A stretch of DNA of 64,000 nucleotides, taken from the NCBI GenBank assembly GCA_963735595.1, contig CAVTLK010000005.1, positions 128,001 through 192,000 on the forward strand, read 5' to 3'. Origin of the DNA: an uncultured delta proteobacterium. GTDB taxonomy: Bacteria > Desulfobacterota > Zymogenia > Zymogenales > Zymogenaceae. The notes beneath the pieces are model-generated. The model had not been told where the DNA came from. It worked only from the letters and a program-made list of their open reading frames with translations, and ran no database searches. Positions 58,113 through 64,000 of this stretch are shown one piece after another (the first letter of the stretch is position 1; each line of letters starts with the position of its first letter). The translations under genes were made by a program, and so were the position numbers.

Positions 58113-59039
58113 TTACAGTTTCCAGCGGGGATTCGTCCATGCCCATTGATCTGGGTGCCGCATAATCACGTCTGAGATGGCTTGATTGGCCCTTACGGTG
58201 AGCAGGTAGATATCTCGGTGGTAATCGCCGGTTTTCTCCACCTCAAGGGGTGGAAGTATCTCGATCGTGTGTTTGTACCGGGCATGCTCGAAAATGAAAA
58301 TAGGGACGATCGGAGCCCCGGTGCGCAACGACAGTACCGCCGGCCCCGCCGCGGTCAGGGCGGGCCTTCCGAAGAACGGGACGATTATCCCGTCGTGCCT
58401 CTTTCGCTCGTCCGAAATCAGCTGGACGATATAGTTGTTCCTGAGGGCTCGAAGTATTTGCCTGGTCGTAGCCGGTCCGTCGTTGGCGTCGATCCAGGTC
58501 AGGCCGCAGGCCCTTTTCCATCGATCGTAACGAAGCTTGAGATTTCTATTATTAGGGTCCTTGGTGACGGTAGTAAAGGGAAGACCGATCTGTGCGAGGG
58601 CGATGTTGAGCAGGATAAAGTTACCGAAATGAGCGCCCAGTCCGATGACGCCGCTTTTTTTCTCAAGGGCTTGCTTGAGGTGGTCAAGTCCCACGAACGT
58701 TATACTGTCGAACAACCTTGGAAGGTTCTTCGGGTGAGCGTAGTAGACCGAGATGATCGGCACATTCAGAAGGTTTCTGACGGCGCGCTTGGCTATGGCG
58801 CGCTTTTTCCGTTTTGAAAGGGAGTCCCCGAATACGATATTGAAATTGGCCCAAAGGTTCTTCCGAACCTCCGGGAACAGCCACTGCAGAGGAGAAAGAA
58901 GAGCCCAGATAACATCCAGCCCGGCATAAAGAACGGGGACGGGAACGTGAGGAATAGTAAAAGCGAGGATGTCTAAGACGATGATCCCGACTGAGTAACG
59001 AAACCGTTTGAAGAGTGAAGACATAGTAACACGTATCAA
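58113..59039 (-). CDS. Lipid A lauroyl/lysophospholipid acyltransferase family protein (LpxL-like)
   Basis: GLDHL..GVIGLGAHFGNF, VPFFGRPA, GPAVLSLRTGAPIVP, PDQWAWTNPRWK. Confidence 0.85.
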   Translation of the reverse strand: MIRVTMSSLFKRFRYSVGIIVLDILAFTIPHVPVPVLYAGLDVIWALLSPLQWLFPEVRKNLWANFNIVFGDSLSKRKKRAIAKRAVRNLLNVPIISVYYAHPKNLPRLFDSITFVGLDHLKQALEKKSGVIGLGAHFGNFILLNIALAQIGLPFTTVTKDPNNRNLKLRYDRWKRACGLTWIDANDGPATTRQILRALRNNYIVQLISDERKRHDGIIVPFFGRPALTAAGPAVLSLRTGAPIVPIFIFEHARYKHTIEILPPLEVEKTGDYHRDIYLLTVRANQAISDVIMRHPDQWAWTNPRWKL

Positions 59040-59056
59040 ACAGATGGACTTCTGTA

Positions 59057-59085
59057 ATAATAGCGTGTGCTCTGAAGTTAGTCAA
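59057..59085 (-). promoter_or_regulatory. Sigma70-type promoter
   Basis: TTGACT-N17-TATTAT on the minus strand. Confidence 0.5.
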
Positions 59086-59211
59086 GCTTTTAGGCCGGAG
59101 GGAATCGCGAATCCTGCCAGGTCAGGGCTATGACGAGATGCGGAGTGATCTTCGGGCGATTCGAGGCAAACCATAGTGATCGCGCCGTTCACGTGTGCCC
59201 GTGTGGGGGGC

Positions 59212-60135
59212 TCACATTCGCCAGCGCTGCTGAACCCATGTCCACTGGTCGGGGTGTGCGCGGATGTAATCCTCGATGGCTTGATTGGCGCGGCACGTCA
59301 GCTCGTATACAGCCTGATCGTCATCTCCCGTGGGACGCTTTAACGGGGCGAGGATGTCGATGGCGAACCCTTTGCCTGTATTGGCGATAAAAATCGGGAT
59401 GATCGGGGCGCCGGTCTTTAGTGAAAAGACCGCCGAGCCTACCGCGGTAAGCGCATCTCTTCCGAAGAATGGGGCCACGACACCGCCCCGTTTCTTTCGC
59501 TCGTCGGCGATGAAGTAAACCAGCTTATTATCGGCAAGGGAGTCGCTGATTCGTCGTTTGCCTTTGTCGGGGGTATCGACATCGATATACTTTACATTGC
59601 TTTCGTCCCGCCAGCCGCGCAACTTTCTTTTGAGCATCTCGTTTCGCGGATCTTTGGTGGGCACGATAAACGGGATATCCGAATTAGCCAGCCGCATCGT
59701 AAGGAGGAGAAATCCGGTCATGTGGGCGCCCAATCCGATAACACCCTTGCCGTTGGCAAAGGCCTTGGTCAGGTGCTCGGTGCCGTTGATGGTTACGTCC
59801 CGCCTGAGATGATCGAGGTGTTTTGGTGAACCGTAGAACAGGACATCTCCCGGCATCCGGAAGATATTTCGCATGGACCTGCGGGCGATGCGCCGGATTT
59901 CCCTTCTCGACAGCTCGCCTCCCAGACTCATCGTCAGGTTCTTGATGGTCGTGTTTCGATACGAGGGCAGCGCGATGATGAGCAGGTACAGGGAGAAGAA
60001 AATGGTGTCCATGAGCAGGCGAATAAGCCACAGGGGCATGTTTGCCGCGGCTTTCTCGAGGCCATCCAGAACCACCTCACCAACAAAGTAGCGTACCGAC
60101 TTCAGCGGGACCTTCATAAGCGTACCCAGCATCAA
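59212..60135 (-). CDS. Second LpxL-like acyltransferase (tandem paralog)
   Basis: GTEHL..GVIGLGAHMTGF, APFFGRDA, SLKTGAPIIP, PDQWTWVQQRWR. Confidence 0.85.
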   Translation of the reverse strand: MMLGTLMKVPLKSVRYFVGEVVLDGLEKAAANMPLWLIRLLMDTIFFSLYLLIIALPSYRNTTIKNLTMSLGGELSRREIRRIARRSMRNIFRMPGDVLFYGSPKHLDHLRRDVTINGTEHLTKAFANGKGVIGLGAHMTGFLLLTMRLANSDIPFIVPTKDPRNEMLKRKLRGWRDESNVKYIDVDTPDKGKRRISDSLADNKLVYFIADERKKRGGVVAPFFGRDALTAVGSAVFSLKTGAPIIPIFIANTGKGFAIDILAPLKRPTGDDDQAVYELTCRANQAIEDYIRAHPDQWTWVQQRWRM

Positions 60136-60158
60136 AAAGGTTATCTAGAAAAGTTTGT

Positions 60159-60187
60159 ATAATATTACTTTGATATCGGATTGTCAA
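60159..60187 (-). promoter_or_regulatory. Sigma70-type promoter
   Basis: TTGACA-N17-TATTAT on the minus strand. Confidence 0.55.
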
Positions 60188-60259
60188 GTATTTTGAGTTT
60201 ACCACCCGAAAAGCAATACCTATACTGAATCCGATTGGGTGCAGACTCATCTAATAAAC

Positions 60260-60406
60260 ATGAAAGATATTTTTATACTTACCGGGATCATTGTGCTCTG
60301 GTTTGTCCTTCAGCGCTGGATACTTCCTCGCCTCGGGGTCAGGACGTGAATGTCACCGGATGAGTGTTCCGGGGACCGGGACAAGAAGGCCGATAAGGGC
60401 GAATAA
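60260..60406 (+). CDS. Candidate 48-aa single-pass membrane selenoprotein (UGA at 60347-60349 read as Sec)
   Basis: MKDIFILTGIIVLWFVLQRWILPRLGVRT-U-MSPDECSGDRDKKADKGE*; hairpins immediately 3' of the UGA; TTTACC-N17-TATACT promoter-like site at 60198-60226. Confidence 0.55.
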
Positions 60407-60562
60407 CGCGTTTTGGCCGATGATCGTCTCAATAACCGATCACCGACCACGGGCTTGACGCTTCAATCTATAGGCCGCACGGCCGACCGGGATCAACGAT
60501 GATGCCACGTACCCGTTTATCTCCAAAGGAAACGACAAATACCCTCGCGCATCTCTAATAGC

Positions 60563-60591
60563 TTGACATATACCCCACCCTTAATTAGTAT
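60563..60591 (+). promoter_or_regulatory. Sigma70-type promoter for the amidohydrolase operon
   Basis: TTGACA-N17-TAGTAT. Confidence 0.55.
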
Positions 60592-60627
60592 ATTATATAA
60601 TGATTTTTATATTGGCGGTTCTGTGCC

Positions 60628-61491
60628 ATGATTATCGATATCTGTGTTAGCCCCCCTCTGCCCGAAATTCTGACCGGATTAGCCGACCCGCCGAAGCACC
60701 TCATCGGGTATTCACGCCTCTTTAAGGGCAGCGAAAAGGCCCTCGCGGCGCTCGGGAAATTAACCGTGGAAGACTTCTTCCGCCTGATGGACGCCGCCGG
60801 GATAGGGATCTCTGTGCTCCACGGAGAAGACATGGAGAGCACCTACGGCCGTCGGATCAGCAATGACGTGGTTGCCGACCTCGTCCATCGATATCCGAGC
60901 CGTTTCCGGGGGTTTATCGGGGCCGATCCCCACAAGGGGAGAAAGGCCCTCAAAGAGATCGACCGGATGGTGCGTGAAGGTCTCTGCGGTGTTATGGTCG
61001 CGCCCTGGGAGCACGGGCTTTTTTCCGACAATAAGAAGTACTTCCCGATCTACGAGAGGTGTATCCAGCACGATATACCCATCTGGATTCACACCTCGCT
61101 CAATTTTTCCCACGTGATTCCCATGGAATACGGCAGGCCGCTGGTCCTGGACCGGGTTGCGGTGAAGTACGGCGACCTCAAGATTATCGCCGGTCATGCG
61201 GGCTGGCCCTGGGTCACCGAGATGGTGGCACTGCTCTGGCGGCATGAAAACGTCTACGCGGATATCTCCGGCATCAGGCCGAAGTATATGGGCATGCACA
61301 ATACGGGATGGGAGCCGCTGCTCCATTACGGCAACTCGCTTCTCCAGGACAAAATCCTTTTCGCGACGGCATGGCCGTTGGTCATGCTCGATACGGCGGT
61401 GGGCGACATGCAGGCGCTGCCGCTCAAGCCCGAAGTCAGGGAAAAGTGGCTCTACAAGAATGCCGCGCGGCTCCTCAAGATCGACGGCTGA
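60628..61491 (+). CDS. Amidohydrolase_2-family protein
   Basis: YPSRFRGF, YFPIYERC..PIWIH, AGHAGWPW, NVYADISG, KILF, NAARLL. Confidence 0.85.
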   Translation: MIIDICVSPPLPEILTGLADPPKHLIGYSRLFKGSEKALAALGKLTVEDFFRLMDAAGIGISVLHGEDMESTYGRRISNDVVADLVHRYPSRFRGFIGADPHKGRKALKEIDRMVREGLCGVMVAPWEHGLFSDNKKYFPIYERCIQHDIPIWIHTSLNFSHVIPMEYGRPLVLDRVAVKYGDLKIIAGHAGWPWVTEMVALLWRHENVYADISGIRPKYMGMHNTGWEPLLHYGNSLLQDKILFATAWPLVMLDTAVGDMQALPLKPEVREKWLYKNAARLLKIDG

Positions 61492-61602
61492 TCCGCGGTC
61501 ATCGCGGCGGCAGAAGGCCCTCGCGGCGCCGCCATCGGTTTTTCCTTGGTCACAACATCCTGACCTGCACCAATGTATTGAGGCACAAATCAGGAGGCAA
61601 TC

Positions 61603-62980
61603 ATGGCAGAAAAGAAAGGGACGCTCGTACGGGGGCTGACTATCGCGACCGTTTTTACCCTCATTACGGGGGCGATGGTGGGGATGGCGTGGGCGACGCT
61701 TACCAATACGCTGTTTGCCTACGCCGGCCCCGCGGTGCTGTTGACCGCGGTCATCGCGGCCTTTTTCTGCGTCCTCATCGGGCTCTGTTACGCTGAGCTC
61801 TGCGCGGCCATGCCGCTTGCCGGCGGCGAGTACTACTACACGAAACGCTCCATGGGCAATTTCGCCAGTTTCCTGACCGGCTGGTTCCTTATCATTGCCT
61901 ATTCCTCGATGATGCCGGGCGAGGTGATCATCTTCTCGAAGGTGGCCAGCACCCTCATGCCCGATTCCTGGCTGACCCCGGGGCCGACGGCCCTGGGCTA
62001 CCAGTTCCCCCGTCGCGATGATCATCGTCGGGGTGGTTGCCGCCCTCTTCTTCGGCGCGATCAACTACATCGGCATCAAACTCTCGGCCGTCGTCCAGCT
62101 GGTATTTACCGTTCTGCTGTTCGTGGGTATGGCAATATATATCTTAGGGGGCCTGCCCCAGGTAAGCCTCTCAAACATTACCGGGCCGTTCTTCGATAAG
62201 GGTATTGGGGGCATGTTCATGATGGTGCCGATAGCGATTCTGGCCTTCATGGGGTTTGACATCGTGACGAAGGCGGCCGAGGAAATCAAGAGCCCCATAG
62301 AGAAGGTGGTCTGGCTCATTCCGCTGTCAGTCGTGTTCGTCCTCATCTTTTACGTCGGGGTCTTTTTCGTCACCGCCGGCGTTGTCCCTTATACCGAGAT
62401 CGCCGAGAGCACCCTTGAGGTCCCTATCGAGATCGTCGCCACCAAGACGCTCGGTAGTGCCGGATTCTATATCGTTATCATCGCCGGCCTCATGGGGCTC
62501 ATCACAACCCTCAACGGGTTTCTCATCGGGTCGTCCAGGCTCATGTACGGGATGGCCAGGGACGGCGTCCTGCCCAGGGCATTTTCATATATCCACCCCA
62601 AATTTGGTACGCCCTCGTTCGGGATTATTGTCCTGACGCTCGTAGGTATCCTCGGCGCCTTCTTCCAGTTTCTCTTCACGCTGTTTGTGGTGGCGTCTGC
62701 GGCAATCCTGCTGGCCTATATCCTCGTGTGCATCTCCCTTCTCATCCTCAGGAAGAAAGAGCCGAAGATGAAACGGCCATACCGGCTGCGCGCGCCCCGG
62801 ATCGTGGCGAGCCTGGCGATCTTCGGGGCGGTGGTGTCGTTCCTCTTTTCGATCTACATTATCATAAAGGACGAGGAGAGCAGGGTCATCGGTTCCGCCC
62901 TCTTCTTCGGCCTGACCGCGGTCGGGCTGATCTATTATTTCCTGGTCGTGAGAAGGCGCGGTATCAGCGCGAGGACGTAA
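61603..62980 (+). CDS. APC-family amino acid permease (frameshift near 62015)
   Basis: YAELCAAMPLAGGEY, FMGFDIVTKAAEEIKSP, SRLMYGMARDGVLP, RPYR. Confidence 0.85.
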
Positions 62981-63030
62981 CGGACCCCGGCGGCGGCAGC
63001 CACGTGTATCGGCAGGAGGACGATAGACTA

Positions 63031-64000
63031 ATGGGCGAGCGGAAATACTGGAACGAGGAAATGGAGACAATGCAGCCCGGGAAGCTCACGCGCCTGGAGG
63101 AAGGGCTGCTGAGGGACGAGCTAAGCTACATTTACGACCGGTCGCCCTTCTATCGTGAAAAATGGGATGATGCCGGCGTCTCGCCAAAGGACTTCCGGTC
63201 GATAAAGGACCTGGGGAAGTTCCCCTTCACGACCAAGGATGACCTCAGGAAGACGCAGGAGAAGCTGGGCGGCCTGGGGGGGCACCAGTGCTGTGCGCGG
63301 GAGGACCTCGTCAGGATCCAGGGGACAAGCGGCACGACGGGACGTCCCCTTTACGTCGGCCTGACGGCGGCCGATGCGGACCTCTGGAAGGAGCTCTTTG
63401 CCCGCCACGCGTGGACCGGGGGGATCCGGCCCGGGGACTCCTATATAAATCCGGCCAACTTCACGCTGTTCGTAGGGGGGCTTTCGGAAGCGGTCTCGTC
63501 GGAGGCGATGGGGTTCTGCGTTATCCCGGCCCCCTTCGGCACCACGGGTATCGAAAAACTCATCGACCTGATCCTTGAATTAAGGCCCACGGTGCTCTTT
63601 GCTACGCCGTCGTCGACGGTCTTCCTGGCCGAATACGTTAAAAGTACGCTCAAGAAATCGCCCCGGGACCTCGGTTTTAAAAAAGGCTTCATGGCAGGGG
63701 AGGCGCTGAGCGAGGAAGACCGGGCCGCCATGGAAGAGACCTGGGGGATCGTCGCGCGGAATTTCTACGGGCTTGCCGACGTGGCGGCCGACCTTGCCAG
63801 CGAGTGCGACTGCACCTGCGGACTGCATTTCTGCGGAGCGGGCGCGGTGACGGCAGAGATCATCGATCCGATCACGCTCGCGCCCAAGAAGATTGAGGAG
63901 GGGGTCGAGGGAGAGATCGTCTATACAACCGTCAGGCGGCAGGCGACCCCGGTCGTCCGCTATCGCTGCCGCGACATGGTGCGCGCCCATATTGGGCAAT
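63031..64000 (+). CDS. Phenylacetate--CoA ligase (PaaK)-family acyl-CoA ligase, truncated by window end
   Basis: AGGAGG RBS; SPFYREK, FPFTTKDDLR, GTSGTTGRP, AGEA, YGLAD, EGEIVYTT..PVVRYRCRD. Confidence 0.88.
   Translation, partial: MGERKYWNEEMETMQPGKLTRLEEGLLRDELSYIYDRSPFYREKWDDAGVSPKDFRSIKDLGKFPFTTKDDLRKTQEKLGGLGGHQCCAREDLVRIQGTSGTTGRPLYVGLTAADADLWKELFARHAWTGGIRPGDSYINPANFTLFVGGLSEAVSSEAMGFCVIPAPFGTTGIEKLIDLILELRPTVLFATPSSTVFLAEYVKSTLKKSPRDLGFKKGFMAGEALSEEDRAAMEETWGIVARNFYGLADVAADLASECDCTCGLHFCGAGAVTAEIIDPITLAPKKIEEGVEGEIVYTTVRRQATPVVRYRCRDMVRAHIGQ

Overview
GC-rich bacterial chromosomal segment. Its gene order (larB-larC...pgpA-cinA-recA-pilT-recX-alaS; ftsH-folP-glmM-acpS-nnr-tsaE-lysC-cimA-comEA) resembles Desulfobacterota/'Deltaproteobacteria' (inference). 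1-6.5 kb: Dif-like chemosensory operon (cheR, mcp, cheW, cheY, receiver-less cheB, cheA, cheC). 6.5-31 kb: mostly housekeeping genes. 31-64 kb: tRNA-Arg(UCG), transporters, a hybrid sensor kinase, a Mo/W locus (MOT1-type transporter, mop, tupA with a P3-less Moco/'Tuco' riboswitch), rocD, pfkB, Fe-S/macro/DUF362 genes, ychF, ftsB, a TPR-peptidase, queG, two atypical LpxL-family acyltransferases and an amidohydrolase-APC-CoA ligase operon. The best candidate for something undescribed is a 48-codon membrane micro-protein (60260-60406) missed by the ORF track, with an in-frame UGA followed by SECIS-like hairpins and a downstream Cys, i.e. a probable small selenoprotein. Many conserved genes (cheA, alaS, mop, ychF, ftsB, queG and others) are broken by single-base indels, most likely sequencing/assembly errors. 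Coordinates for those genes are manual reconstructions. No CRISPR array, rRNA, transposase or integrase was seen.
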